The notes under the pieces are model-generated. The model saw only the letters and a list, made by a program, of their open reading frames with translations. It was not told where the DNA came from and did not search any database. From positions 65,974-129,973 of the forward strand of contig CAMXWF010000003.1 of NCBI GenBank assembly GCA_947252645.1: DNA of 64,000 nucleotides, in the 5' to 3' direction. A program made the translations under genes and the position numbers. Positions 17,186 through 27,594 of this stretch are shown here, piece by piece (within the stretch, counting starts at the first letter, position 1; each line of letters begins with the position of its first letter). Source of the DNA: an uncultured Bacteroidia bacterium (lineage in GTDB: Bacteria; Bacteroidota; Bacteroidia; Bacteroidales; CAJPTX01).

Positions 17186-18625
17186 CTACTCTCCGAAGTT
17201 ACCATGTGGGTTGGGCACAGCGAGGATATTGCGTACCTCGCCTATTTCCATGAACGAGGCGCCATTGCTTGGCCCAAAACTGCCGCCCACCACCAGGATC
17301 AGGTCCATGGGTTTTACCTTTTCCTGGGTGAGTAGCATGTGGATAGACTCCACCAGGAACATGTCGCGCGTGGAGTTGCGCTTGACGTAGTAGGCCTCCA
17401 CCCCGTAGGTGAGCGCGAGCTGCGGCATCACCTCCTCCCGGTAGCACATGGCGTAGATAGGCACACGTCCCCGGTATGCCGCGATGTAGCGTGCGGTACG
17501 TCCGCTAAGGGTGTCGAGTACTATCGCCTTGATGGGCATGGCCCTACAGGCATCCACGGCGGCATGCGAAAGCGTCTCTGTGATCACATTTTTGACTCGG
17601 TGCATCTTGAGGGTGTGGAGCGGCTGCAGATGGCTCTCAATCTCGGTAGCGATCCGCTCCATGGTGCGTACGGCCTGCACGGGGTACTGTCCGTAGGCCG
17701 TCTCGCCGCTCAACATGATGGCATCGGCCCGCTGGTAGATGGCACTAGCCACATCGCTGATCTCCGCCCGCGTAGGCCGTGGGTTCTCGATCATCGAGTG
17801 GAGCATCTGCGTGGCGATGATCACTGGCTTCTTGCTCTCTATGCACTTGCGCACGATCATCCGCTGCACCTCTGGAACCTGCTCCTCGGGTATCTCTATC
17901 CCCAAGTCGCCGCGCGCCACCATGACCCCGTAGGTGACATCAAGGATCTGGTCGATATTATCCACACCCTGCTGATTCTCTATCTTGGCTATGATTTTCG
18001 CCTTGCTCCCCGCGGCCGACAGCAACGCCTGTACCTCCTGTACATCCTGCGCGGTGCGCACGAAGGAATGCGCCACGAAGTCCACGTGTTTCTGGGCCGC
18101 CATTTCGAGGAAAAGCTTATCCTTCTGGCTCACCGCGGGCAAGTCCAGCACCACATTGGGCACATTGACGCTTTTACGATTCTTGATTTCCCCGGCACTC
18201 TGCGGGAAGCATACCAACGCCTCTCCCTCCTTGGCCGTGACCACGAGCTCTAAGTCTCCATCGTCTATCAGCAGAGAGCTGCCCAGAGGCACCTGCTCGG
18301 CAAAATGGACCATGCTGACATAGAGCGTGTTGCCCTCGGAGGCGCCTTCGGGGTCGCCCACCACGCGTAGCGGCTTACCCACCTCCGCCTGGAGTGCCGT
18401 TCCCCGGGAGGAGGTTCGGACCTCAGGGCCCTTGGTGTCCACGAGGATTCCTATGTCGGGCGCCACGCTGCGCACCACGTCGATCAGCCGTGCGGCCTGC
18501 TCTGGATTCTGGTGGGCCGAGTTGAGCCGCACCACGTTCATCCCGCTGCGATAGAGCTCTCGGAGAAAGTCTGCATTCCCCCGCAGATCTGATATCGTTG
18601 CTACTATCTTTGTTTTCTTGGTCAT
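17186..18625 (-). CDS. pyk: pyruvate kinase
   Basis: 479 aa with TKIVATI, MNVVRLNSAH, IIAKIENQQGV and MVARGDLGIEIP blocks. Confidence 0.93.
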   Translation of the reverse strand: MTKKTKIVATISDLRGNADFLRELYRSGMNVVRLNSAHQNPEQAARLIDVVRSVAPDIGILVDTKGPEVRTSSRGTALQAEVGKPLRVVGDPEGASEGNTLYVSMVHFAEQVPLGSSLLIDDGDLELVVTAKEGEALVCFPQSAGEIKNRKSVNVPNVVLDLPAVSQKDKLFLEMAAQKHVDFVAHSFVRTAQDVQEVQALLSAAGSKAKIIAKIENQQGVDNIDQILDVTYGVMVARGDLGIEIPEEQVPEVQRMIVRKCIESKKPVIIATQMLHSMIENPRPTRAEISDVASAIYQRADAIMLSGETAYGQYPVQAVRTMERIATEIESHLQPLHTLKMHRVKNVITETLSHAAVDACRAMPIKAIVLDTLSGRTARYIAAYRGRVPIYAMCYREEVMPQLALTYGVEAYYVKRNSTRDMFLVESIHMLLTQEKVKPMDLILVVGGSFGPSNGASFMEIGEVRNILAVPNPHGNFGE

Positions 18626-18670
18626 CTACTTCACGCTCTCGCCCCATCCCGTATACCAGATGGAGACCCA

Positions 18671-18678
18671 CAAAGGTA
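18671..18678 (-). promoter_or_regulatory. -7 promoter box (TACCTTTG) for pyk
   Basis: TAnnTTTG consensus ~46 nt upstream of the pyk ATG. Confidence 0.6.
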
Positions 18679-18831
18679 GAGATAGGGCGTGAATATACGG
18701 CTACACCGACGTGAACCCGTGACCCCAACGGCTCCGCCGGCAACGAATCGAGTCGCCATCACAGCCGCCCCCCTCGGCATGGCAACAACCTCGCTTGCAA
18801 GGCCGCTGCCGCCCGTCAGGCGACACGCGCT

Positions 18832-19845
18832 CTAATCCGCCTGGTGTAGGCAGCCTAGGAAGTCCTTCACCATGCTGGCTGCGCCCACCACGAAGGGCGT
18901 TCGCTGGTGGATGGTGGTGGGCTTCAGATCTAGTATGCGGTTCGTACCGTCGGTGGCGACTCCCCCGGCCTGCTCGGCCACCATGGCGATGGGGTTACAC
19001 TCGTAGAGAAGCCGCAGCTTCCCCTTTGGAGATGATGCCGTGGGCGGGTAGAGGTAGATGCCCCCCTTGAGCAGATTGCGGTGGAAATCGGCTACCAGCG
19101 AGCCTATATAGCGTCCCTTGTAGGGCCTGCCCGACGCCTTGTCCTCTACCTGGCAGTAGCGCACGTAGTCCTGATAGCCCTTCGGGATGTGGACGTAATA
19201 GCCCTCGTTGATGCTGTAGATCTGGCCGTTGCTCGGCGTGTGGATGTCTGGATGCGAGAGGCAGAACTCGCCGATCCCGGGGTCGAGCGTAAAGCCGTTG
19301 ACCCCGTGGCCGGTGGTATAGACCAACATCGTGGAGCTGCCGTAGATCACGTAGCCGGCGGCCACTTGGTCGCGCCCAGGCTGCAAAAAGTCCTCCTGCG
19401 AAGGCCGCTCCCCGCGGGGGGTGAGACGGCGATAGACGCTGAAAATCGTCCCGATGGAAACGTTCACATCGATGTTCGACGATCCGTCCAGGGGATCCAT
19501 GCAGATCAGGTAATTGCCGTTTTCCGCCAAGTCGGAATTGAACTGCACCACCTCCTGGTTTTCCTCTGAGCATATCCCGCAGCACTCCCCGCTATTGCGC
19601 AAGGCCTGGGTAAATTGCTCGTTGGCCAGCACATCGAGCTTTTTCTGGTCTTCCCCCTGCACGTTAACCGTACCCGCTTCCCCCAAAATGTCCACCAGGC
19701 CTGCCTTGTTGACCTTCTGGTTCACCACCTTAGCCGCCACAGCCAGGTGGTAGAGCAAGCGTGAGAACTCCCCCGTAGCAAACGGAAAATCCGCCTGCTT
19801 ATCCATGATGAACTGATTCAAGGTTACGATGCCAGGTGCCGCCAT
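18832..19845 (-). CDS. fbp: class 1 fructose-1,6-bisphosphatase
   Basis: ATG at 19845 gives 337 aa ([14 protein letters not shown]...). Motifs include [10 protein letters not shown] and [21 protein letters not shown]. The ORF-track extension contains the promoter box. Confidence 0.9.
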   Translation of the reverse strand: MAAPGIVTLNQFIMDKQADFPFATGEFSRLLYHLAVAAKVVNQKVNKAGLVDILGEAGTVNVQGEDQKKLDVLANEQFTQALRNSGECCGICSEENQEVVQFNSDLAENGNYLICMDPLDGSSNIDVNVSIGTIFSVYRRLTPRGERPSQEDFLQPGRDQVAAGYVIYGSSTMLVYTTGHGVNGFTLDPGIGEFCLSHPDIHTPSNGQIYSINEGYYVHIPKGYQDYVRYCQVEDKASGRPYKGRYIGSLVADFHRNLLKGGIYLYPPTASSPKGKLRLLYECNPIAMVAEQAGGVATDGTNRILDLKPTTIHQRTPFVVGAASMVKDFLGCLHQAD

Positions 19846-19877
19846 TCTTGACCTCCCCAAAAATTTTAAGCCTATTC

Positions 19878-19885
19878 CAAAGGTA
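19878..19885 (-). promoter_or_regulatory. -7 promoter box (TACCTTTG) for fbp
   Basis: TAnnTTTG consensus 33 nt upstream of the ATG at 19845. Confidence 0.6.
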
Positions 19886-20085
19886 GGTATTATTTCTCGT
19901 TTGGGCAATCCCCCGCGACTAAATCGTCTGGTAGCGATGCCCCCACCCCTCCGTCACGACGCTACTTGGTCACCGCAAAAGAGCCTACGCCGCATGTCGA
20001 AATAGCAGTGTGGCCAGCGCAACCAGCACTTATCTAGCATCGGGGCGCCCCATACATGGCAGCTAGTGCCTAATCCTAATTTCCC

Positions 20086-20093
20086 TACCTTTG
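20086..20093 (+). promoter_or_regulatory. -7 promoter box (TACCTTTG) for DUF4837-parE-phosphoesterase unit
   Basis: TAnnTTTG consensus 43 nt upstream of the ATG at 20136. Confidence 0.6.
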
Positions 20094-20135
20094 CCGCTGA
20101 CGCAAGCCGTGCCAGTCGCCGCTTAACCGTTCACC

Positions 20136-21131
20136 ATGAATCATCGCCGCATATACCTGATCCTCCCTCTGCTGCTCATGGGGCCTATAGCCTCAAGCCT
20201 CTTCGGGTGCGCAAGTAACAGCAACTACAAGGCAACCACCCCAAGCGGAGAGCCTGGGCAGGTGCTGGTGGTGGCGGGAGCCGACCTCTCGCGCACGCCC
20301 TTGGCCCGGGCACTCGACTCCACGCTGGGCGGCGAGTACCCTTTTATTCCCCAAGTAGAGCCGACCTTCGACCTCATCTACGCCCCCAACAACAAGTTTA
20401 CTGGCGTACTCCAAGCGTTCCGCAACATCCTCCTGATAAGGCCAGACAGCGCCACCTCGGAGTGCAAATTTTCCACTGCGCGCGACCTGTGGGCTAGCTC
20501 CCAGCTGGTCGTTGTGTGCTCAGGCCCGAGCCTGCAAGCCATGGCGGACTTCGTGGGCGCCAACGGCCAGCAGCTCTGCGGCATGTTCACCCAGATGGAG
20601 ATGGATCGCTTGAAGGATAATCTCCGGGCCACCAATAGCAAGGAACTGACAGACTACCTCCACCGCAAGTATGGCCTACGCATGCTCGTGCCAGGCAACA
20701 TGTCGCGCAGGGTCAACGCCGAGCATTTCTCTTGGATCTCATTGGAGACGAAGGAGATTAGCCAATCCCTGCTGGTTTACACCACCCCCTACCGTGGCCA
20801 TTGGCCCACGCGGGACGAGTACGTTGCGCAGCGCGACAGCGTGACCAAAAAGTGGCTTCCTGGCCCTGTTGAGGGCAGCTACATGATCGTTTCCCCCGTG
20901 CTGCCCCCAGAGCTCACCCTCATGCAGGCGGGGAGAGACACGGTGCTGCGTGTGCGGGGCTTTTGGGACATGCACGGCTACACCATGGGCGGCAGCTTTA
21001 TCGGGCTTACCGCCCGGAGCCCCCAAGGCGACTCCCTCATTACCACCGAGGCCTTCCTCTACGCCCCCAGCAAGCATAAGCGCAACTACATGCGCGAGTT
21101 GGAGGCCATCGTGCGCACACGGCTCAACTAG
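20136..21131 (+). CDS. DUF4837-like lipoprotein
   Basis: 331 aa with a signal peptide and lipobox (SLFGCASN). Family assignment is recalled from the Bacteroidales neighbourhood upstream of parE and needs HMM confirmation. Confidence 0.6.
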   Translation: MNHRRIYLILPLLLMGPIASSLFGCASNSNYKATTPSGEPGQVLVVAGADLSRTPLARALDSTLGGEYPFIPQVEPTFDLIYAPNNKFTGVLQAFRNILLIRPDSATSECKFSTARDLWASSQLVVVCSGPSLQAMADFVGANGQQLCGMFTQMEMDRLKDNLRATNSKELTDYLHRKYGLRMLVPGNMSRRVNAEHFSWISLETKEISQSLLVYTTPYRGHWPTRDEYVAQRDSVTKKWLPGPVEGSYMIVSPVLPPELTLMQAGRDTVLRVRGFWDMHGYTMGGSFIGLTARSPQGDSLITTEAFLYAPSKHKRNYMRELEAIVRTRLN

Positions 21132-21136
21132 ACACC

Positions 21137-23044
21137 ATGGCTGACAATAGCAAGACATCCTACACCGAAGACAACATCCAGACGCTCGAGTGGCGCGAGC
21201 ACATCCGTCGCCGCCCCGGCATGTACATCGGCAAGCTGGGCGATGGCTCCCAGCCCGATGATGGCATCTACGTGCTCCTCAAGGAGGTGCTCGACAACTC
21301 CCTCGACGAACACATGATGGGCGCGGGTAACCAGATCCTCGTAGATCTCGACCCCGACCTCCTCACCGTACGCATACGCGACTTTGGCCGCGGGATTCCC
21401 CTCGGCAGCGTTATCGACGTGGCCTCCAAGATGAACACCGGGGCCAAGTACGACAGTGCCGCCTTCAGCAAATCCGTGGGCCTCAACGGCGTGGGCATCA
21501 AGGCCGTCAACGCCCTCTCCACCAGCTACGAGATCACCAGCTTCCGCGACCATAGGGCCTTCTACGCCCGCTTCGCAGAGGGCAAGCTCCAGGAAAGCCA
21601 AGAGCGCAATGCCCCCGAAGAAAAAAATGGGGTGCTCACCGTCTTCACGCCGGATGCCACCCTCTTCAAAAACTACCACTACCAGCTCCCACTCGTGGAG
21701 AGCATGATCAAGGGCTACACCTACCTCAACACCACGCTCACCCTAGTGCTCAACGGCACGCCCTACCACAGTGAGCACGGCCTCATCGACCTCCTCGATG
21801 ACAACATGCCCCGACCAGGCCTCTACCCCCCCATCCACTTGGTTGGCAAGGACATCGAGGTGGCCTTCACCCACGGCACCGCCTACGGCGAAGACCACTA
21901 CACATTCGTCAACGGACAGCACACCACCCAAGGCGGCACCCACCTGGCCGCCTTTCGCGAGGCCACCGTCAGGACCATCAAGGAATTCTTCAAAAAGGAC
22001 TTCGACCCCTCTGACATCCGCGCCTCCATGGTCGGGGCCCTGAGCATCCGCGTGCAAGAACCGGTGTTCGAGTCGCAAACCAAAACCAAACTCGGCAGCA
22101 AAGACATGGCCCCCGGAGGGCCCACCGTCAGGCAGTACGTGGGCGACTTCATCCGGCAGGAACTCGACAACTACCTCCACATGCACCCCGAGGTGGCCGA
22201 GGTGATGCTCCAGAAGATCCAAGAGAGCGAACGCGACCGCAAGTCCATGGCCTCCATTCGCAAAATCGCCAAGGAAAGAGCCAAAAAGGTCAGCCTCAAC
22301 AATCCCAAACTACGCGACTGCCGCATCCACTACAACACCAACCACCACCAGGCCGACCAGACCATGATCTTCATCACCGAGGGCGACTCGGCCAGCGGCT
22401 CCATCACTAAATCCAGAGACCCCAACACCCAGGCCGTCTTCTCCCTGCGGGGTAAGCCCAAAAACACCTACGGGCTCTCAAAAAAAGTGGTCTACGAAAA
22501 CGAGGAGTTCAACCTCCTACAGTCTGCCCTCAACATCGAAGAGGGCGTGGACAACCTGCGCTACAACAAGGTCATCATCGCCTCCGATGCCGATGTTGAC
22601 GGCATGCACATCCGACTTCTGCTCACCTCCTTTTTCCTACAGTTCTTCCCCGACGTCATCCGTCAAGGGCATCTGTTCATCTTCCAGACCCCCCTGTTCC
22701 GCGTGCGCGATAAGAAGCGCACCCTCTACTGCTACAGCGAGCAGGAACGCCTCGACGCCATCAGCACCATCGGCCCAAAGGCTGAAATCACCCGTTTCAA
22801 AGGCCTCGGGGAAATCTCGCCCGAAGAGTTCCGCGGCTTTATCGGGGAGGATATCCGCCTCGACCGCGTCCGCATCTCCAAGGAAGACGAGGTGGATCAG
22901 CTCCTAGCCTTCTTCATGGGCAGCAACACCCCGCCACGGCAAGATTTCATCATCGACAACCTCCGCGTAGAGGAGGACATCGTGGCCAACATCGAGAACG
23001 CCGCCAGCCCAACCAAGACGCCCCAAGAAGGCACTGCCTCCTAA
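21137..23044 (+). CDS. parE: DNA topoisomerase IV subunit B (type IIA topoisomerase ATPase subunit)
   Basis: 635 aa with GHKL ATPase and Toprim motifs ([30 protein letters not shown]). Its length lacks the GyrB-type insertion. Confidence 0.85.
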   Translation: MADNSKTSYTEDNIQTLEWREHIRRRPGMYIGKLGDGSQPDDGIYVLLKEVLDNSLDEHMMGAGNQILVDLDPDLLTVRIRDFGRGIPLGSVIDVASKMNTGAKYDSAAFSKSVGLNGVGIKAVNALSTSYEITSFRDHRAFYARFAEGKLQESQERNAPEEKNGVLTVFTPDATLFKNYHYQLPLVESMIKGYTYLNTTLTLVLNGTPYHSEHGLIDLLDDNMPRPGLYPPIHLVGKDIEVAFTHGTAYGEDHYTFVNGQHTTQGGTHLAAFREATVRTIKEFFKKDFDPSDIRASMVGALSIRVQEPVFESQTKTKLGSKDMAPGGPTVRQYVGDFIRQELDNYLHMHPEVAEVMLQKIQESERDRKSMASIRKIAKERAKKVSLNNPKLRDCRIHYNTNHHQADQTMIFITEGDSASGSITKSRDPNTQAVFSLRGKPKNTYGLSKKVVYENEEFNLLQSALNIEEGVDNLRYNKVIIASDADVDGMHIRLLLTSFFLQFFPDVIRQGHLFIFQTPLFRVRDKKRTLYCYSEQERLDAISTIGPKAEITRFKGLGEISPEEFRGFIGEDIRLDRVRISKEDEVDQLLAFFMGSNTPPRQDFIIDNLRVEEDIVANIENAASPTKTPQEGTAS

Positions 23045-23054
23045 GCCCAAGCCC

Positions 23055-23576
23055 GTGACCCACATCGGCATAGTCAGCGACACCCATGGCCACTGGGACG
23101 AGCGCGGCGACGCCTTCTTCGAGGGATGCCAGCAAATTTGGCACGCAGGCGATATCGGTGCCCTCACCGTGACCGAGGCCCTAAAGTGCCTATGCCCCAT
23201 TAGGGCCGTCTACGGCAACATCGATGACCACGCCACGCGCCTCGAATTCCCCAAGAACCAGCTGTTTACCCTCGAGGGGCTACGCATCCTCATCACCCAC
23301 ATCGGCGGCCACCCTGCCCACTGGGCCCCAGGCATAAAGGACCTCATCCAGCGGGAGAAGCCCAATATCCTAGTCTGCGGCCACAGCCACCTGCTCAAGG
23401 TGGAGTTCGTCAAATCGCTCAACCTGCTCTACATCAACCCTGGGGCCTACGGACTCACGGGCTTCCACAAAGTACGCACCCTCATCTCCCTCGACCTCGA
23501 CAACGGCCAACCCAAAAACCTCCAAGTATTCGAAGTCAAGCGCTGGCCTGCCGCGCCTTGCCCACCCAAAAGCTAG
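23055..23576 (+). CDS. YfcE/MJ0936-family metallophosphoesterase
   Basis: 173 aa from a GTG start with GIVSDTHGH, WHAGDIG, GNID and CGHSH motifs. Confidence 0.85.
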   Translation: MTHIGIVSDTHGHWDERGDAFFEGCQQIWHAGDIGALTVTEALKCLCPIRAVYGNIDDHATRLEFPKNQLFTLEGLRILITHIGGHPAHWAPGIKDLIQREKPNILVCGHSHLLKVEFVKSLNLLYINPGAYGLTGFHKVRTLISLDLDNGQPKNLQVFEVKRWPAAPCPPKS

Positions 23577-23589
23577 CGCCGCGCAAACC

Positions 23590-26043
23590 CTAGAACTGCA
23601 AGAAGATCCCCCCACGCACGCCAAGGCTCTTCTTCCAATCGGGCTCGTGCGTGGCGCGCCACACCAAGTCCACGCGCAGTAGCTGGAATATGTTCTCCAC
23701 CCCCACCGAGGCCTCTACGTAGGGCACGCCCGCAAACTCCTTTACCTCCAGCTGTGCAGGCACGAGCCGCCTATTCGCAGAAGTCGCCCACCCATAGAGT
23801 ACCTTGGTCCCTATGACCCCACGGGGCGAAAGACGCCGAATGCCAGGAATACGATTGAACAGCACCCCCATGAAGTGGTGGTAAACATGAAGCTCCACCC
23901 AGCGATCCGATACAAACTCCAAATACGACATCATGTTGAACGCCTGGGGCGAGAGGATGTACGACCCCGACCCCGCGTGGAGTTCCTGTAGCGGCAAAGG
24001 CAGCTGACCGAAGTAGGCCCCGCCCGCAAGGCGCATCTTGGCGTAGCCCAGCTGACTCAACGAGAGCTTATAGTCCACGCTCGCATGGAGCTTCAAGTAG
24101 CTCTGGCTAGCTCCGGCAACCCCCCTGCAGGCCCCCGCTACGGAAAACGCTATAGCCGGGTAAGGCGTAAGCGTGGGCACCCGCTGTCGGTTGAGAATAA
24201 TATACTGCACGTTCTTTTGCCACTTCACCCCCAAGGCCAGCCAGGCATCCGTAATATGGCGCACCGTGTCGCCCCCAGGCACCAGCAGCGGGAGCCGCGG
24301 CGAAGCGGCAATCCTGCACCAGGCCGTCTCCGTCCACACATCCAGACCCTGAATGCACTCTACGTAGGCCGATAGGTGAAACATATCACGCATGGCCAGG
24401 TAGGCCGCACGGCCCCGTCTAGTCAAGAGCTGGAAGATGTCATCGTAGGCCAAATACTCCTGCGCGCTCCCCAGCGGACGGTAGTCGTGGTAGTACGCAA
24501 AGTCGAGCGCACGCCACGGCGACTTGCTGAAGAGTACGCCCGTCATCCCGCCCCACTTCAACGCCCGGTCTCCAAGCCCATAGGCCGCGTAGCCGCCCAC
24601 GTAGAAGTGCCCGCTGAGCTTATCGGAGGTCCTGAGCCCCAGGCGAAAGCGGTGTCCCTCGATGGCGTTGTAGCTGTAGAGCTGCGTCACCGGGCCTATG
24701 TCCACGTACCCCGCGGGGATGTAAAACGAAGTGCAGAACTGGTAGAGCCAGTGGATGATCCTACTTCCAGGGGCCCGCATGACCGAGTCGGTGAGGCGGT
24801 AGGCCAGCTGCTCACGACGACGCAAGGGCCTGGGACGCAGGCGCGCCCAGAGGGAATCGGGCAAGGCATCCACGGTGTCGGAGAGCAGTACGGGGGTCGT
24901 GGCCCGCGCAATGGCCTTGGGCGTGGGCGAGCTGAGGTCAAAAAGTGAGTAGACCACATACTTTCGCAGCAGGAGGGGCGCAAGGCCCAGCGTGGTTTGC
25001 ATGCTATCGGGCAACCACACCGAGTCGTAATGGCAACTGTAGCTCCCTTGCAAGGCCAAGGAGGTGATGTAGTTGACGTTGGCCCGCACAGGCATCTGGG
25101 CGGCGAAGCTCTGGACTGCGTAGGTGGCACTGTCGATGGATAGCTGGCCATAGAGCGAGGGGGTCGAGGACTCCCGCGGCCGAAAGCTCAGCTGGTAGGT
25201 CGCGCGACCGTGCTGTGGCACACTGTCCACCAAGTAGTAGTGGTAAAACAGGCGCGCGCGATCGTGGAGCGGCGTGGGGATGGCCACATTGACCAGCTTG
25301 AGGGTGTTGTCGTAGATATCAAAGTCAAAATAGTACTTCCCCAAAAACTGGCTCCACGTGGGCTGGTCTATCCCTGAAATCCGCGACGAGTGCACCACCT
25401 CCCGCTCCAGCCTAGGGCTATGGCGGTAATAATAGCCCGAGAGCGTCTCGGATATCAACACGGGCATGTAGGCTGCGCCCGCAGCGTACGTGGAGTCGAG
25501 CATACTCGCCAGCTTAGGGCTGCCTTGTACCTCCTTCTTGTCCAACAGCCCCGCGGTTTTGAACTCTACCTGTTGCCGCGTGTAGACCTCACACTGGTAG
25601 CGCGACAGGTGCTCTAGGCGATTGCGCGCCTTATGCGCCAGCACCGAGTCAAGCAAGCGGTAGGCAGGGCCCTCGTCCCGATGGACCACCACGGCCTCTA
25701 TCTCCCGGGGCTCGGGCTGCAAACGCAGCTCCACCTCGTTGACCTGCCCCAGCTTGACCGACACCTGCACGGGCCTATAGCCCGTATACCGACACACAAG
25801 CACCGTATCCCCCCTATTCGAGGTGAAGCTGAACCGCCCCGCGTCGTCGGTCACCGTGCCCACATAGGAGCCCTGAAACGCCACGGGAACAAAGGGCAAC
25901 GGCTCGCCCGTAACGGCATCGAGCACTAAACCACGTATCGTAGTGACCTGCGCCTCGGCCCCAAGGGCCAAAAGCAAAAGAAGCCCACAGCAAGTAGCCC
26001 GGCGCAACCACCAGACTGGAAAAGGAATGTGAGAAAAGACCAT
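23590..26043 (-). CDS. large secreted protein with CarboxypepD_reg-like N-domain (DUF5686-like)
   Basis: ATG at 26043 gives 817 aa. The ORF-track start would overlap miaA. It has a signal peptide, then IRGLVLDAVTGEPLPFVPV, then a beta-rich remainder. Confidence 0.65.
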   Translation of the reverse strand: MVFSHIPFPVWWLRRATCCGLLLLLALGAEAQVTTIRGLVLDAVTGEPLPFVPVAFQGSYVGTVTDDAGRFSFTSNRGDTVLVCRYTGYRPVQVSVKLGQVNEVELRLQPEPREIEAVVVHRDEGPAYRLLDSVLAHKARNRLEHLSRYQCEVYTRQQVEFKTAGLLDKKEVQGSPKLASMLDSTYAAGAAYMPVLISETLSGYYYRHSPRLEREVVHSSRISGIDQPTWSQFLGKYYFDFDIYDNTLKLVNVAIPTPLHDRARLFYHYYLVDSVPQHGRATYQLSFRPRESSTPSLYGQLSIDSATYAVQSFAAQMPVRANVNYITSLALQGSYSCHYDSVWLPDSMQTTLGLAPLLLRKYVVYSLFDLSSPTPKAIARATTPVLLSDTVDALPDSLWARLRPRPLRRREQLAYRLTDSVMRAPGSRIIHWLYQFCTSFYIPAGYVDIGPVTQLYSYNAIEGHRFRLGLRTSDKLSGHFYVGGYAAYGLGDRALKWGGMTGVLFSKSPWRALDFAYYHDYRPLGSAQEYLAYDDIFQLLTRRGRAAYLAMRDMFHLSAYVECIQGLDVWTETAWCRIAASPRLPLLVPGGDTVRHITDAWLALGVKWQKNVQYIILNRQRVPTLTPYPAIAFSVAGACRGVAGASQSYLKLHASVDYKLSLSQLGYAKMRLAGGAYFGQLPLPLQELHAGSGSYILSPQAFNMMSYLEFVSDRWVELHVYHHFMGVLFNRIPGIRRLSPRGVIGTKVLYGWATSANRRLVPAQLEVKEFAGVPYVEASVGVENIFQLLRVDLVWRATHEPDWKKSLGVRGGIFLQF

Positions 26044-26062
26044 AGGCGCATCGTCTAAATGG

Positions 26063-26992
26063 TTATGCACCCCCCTCCTGGCGCAAGATAGCCTCCACAA
26101 GGGCCTCTGGTGCCAGCTGGCCATCGAGCCACGTAAGCTCCACCCCGCGCCGCTCCAGCCCACGCCAATAGGTCATCTGCCGCTTGGCAAACTGCCAAAT
26201 AGCCTGCAGGAGTTGACCCCGCATCTCCTCATAGGTATAGGCCCCCATGAGATAGCGCGTTACCATGCGATACTCCAAACCGTAGTAGAGCAGCGTTTCC
26301 ATCGGCACCCCGCGCTCCAGCAGCCCCTGCACCTCCTCCACTAGCCCATGCGCCAAACGGTAATCCAAGCGCTGTTCTATCCGCTGTCGCCGTGTGTCTC
26401 TATCTGGAGCTATCACATATACTCCTCCCAGCGACACCAGGGGTGTGCCGAGCATGGGCTGAGTAGCTTCGTCTGGGGCTTCCGCCAACTCGATAGCTCT
26501 AATAAGCCGACGGCGATTATGTACATCCAGCCCCTCAGCTAGTGGACCATAACTGGCCAACCTCGACACTAGCTCCTCCGTACTCTGCTGCTCCAGTGCT
26601 GCTCGGAAATCAGCGTCCTTGCCCACGGTGGAGAGACGGTAGCCCCGCAGTATGGCCTCTGCGTAAAGCCCTGTGCCCCCGCAAAGTATCGGCACCAAGC
26701 CCCGCTGCACCACTTCGCCATATGCCCCCTCGAAGGCTAGCACGTAGTCATAGAGCGTGAGCTGCGCACCCGCCTCCGCGATGTCGATCAAGTAGTAAGG
26801 CACCCGCCCAGCCCCCTGGCCATACTCCGCGAGGTCCTTGCCCGTGCCAATATCCATGCCACGATAGAGCTGGCGGGAATCGCAACTCAGGATGGCCCCT
26901 CCAACATGCCGAGCCAGCTCCACGGCCACAGCGGTCTTGCCACAAGCCGTGGGGCCAAGAATGGTAACCAACCTACGCCCCAGTGGCACCAC
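26063..26992 (-). CDS. miaA: tRNA dimethylallyltransferase
   Basis: 309 aa with P-loop GPTACGKT and CDSRQLYRGMDIGT blocks. Confidence 0.9.
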   Translation of the reverse strand: MVPLGRRLVTILGPTACGKTAVAVELARHVGGAILSCDSRQLYRGMDIGTGKDLAEYGQGAGRVPYYLIDIAEAGAQLTLYDYVLAFEGAYGEVVQRGLVPILCGGTGLYAEAILRGYRLSTVGKDADFRAALEQQSTEELVSRLASYGPLAEGLDVHNRRRLIRAIELAEAPDEATQPMLGTPLVSLGGVYVIAPDRDTRRQRIEQRLDYRLAHGLVEEVQGLLERGVPMETLLYYGLEYRMVTRYLMGAYTYEEMRGQLLQAIWQFAKRQMTYWRGLERRGVELTWLDGQLAPEALVEAILRQEGGA

Positions 26993-27578
26993 GGATGATG
27001 ATGGTCAGGTTGTCTATCATCAGCTTGACACTTATGGCCAACAGCAGAATCCCAAAGAACTTCCGCATTACATATACGCCACCCTTCCCCAGGAGCTTCT
27101 GCACTATCCGCACGTAGCGCAGCACGATGAACACCACCAGCACGTTGAGCACTATGGCCGCAATGATTGGCCCATCTTCATACATACTCTTGAGAGAAAG
27201 CATGGTGGTGATAGAGCCTGGGCCTGCAATGAGCGGGAAGACTAGCGGGACAATGGTGACCGACCCCGTGGGCGCATCGCCCTTGAACACCGTAATGTCG
27301 AAGATCATCTCGATAGCCAAGGCCGCCATGACGATAGCCCCAGCCACGGCAAAGGAAGAGAAATCCACGTTGAAAAAGGCCAAAATCCCCTTCCCCAGGA
27401 AGAAAAACACCAGGAAGAAAATCAGCGAAACCAGCGCAGCTACGCCCGACTCGTAATGCTGTCCCCTATCGAGCATACCCACAATCAGCGGAATAGACCC
27501 CGAGATATCTATCACCGCAAACAGTATCACAAACGCACTCAAGGCCTCATAGAGCCACGTCACCAATTCTTCCATCAT
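26973..27578 (-). CDS. MarC-family integral membrane protein
   Basis: 201 aa with six hydrophobic segments and a MarC-like N-terminus (FAVIDISGSIPL). It overlaps miaA by 20 nt. Confidence 0.8.
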   Translation of the reverse strand: MMEELVTWLYEALSAFVILFAVIDISGSIPLIVGMLDRGQHYESGVAALVSLIFFLVFFFLGKGILAFFNVDFSSFAVAGAIVMAALAIEMIFDITVFKGDAPTGSVTIVPLVFPLIAGPGSITTMLSLKSMYEDGPIIAAIVLNVLVVFIVLRYVRIVQKLLGKGGVYVMRKFFGILLLAISVKLMIDNLTIIIRGATGA

Positions 27579-27594
27579 CTACCTCCTGCGTAAA

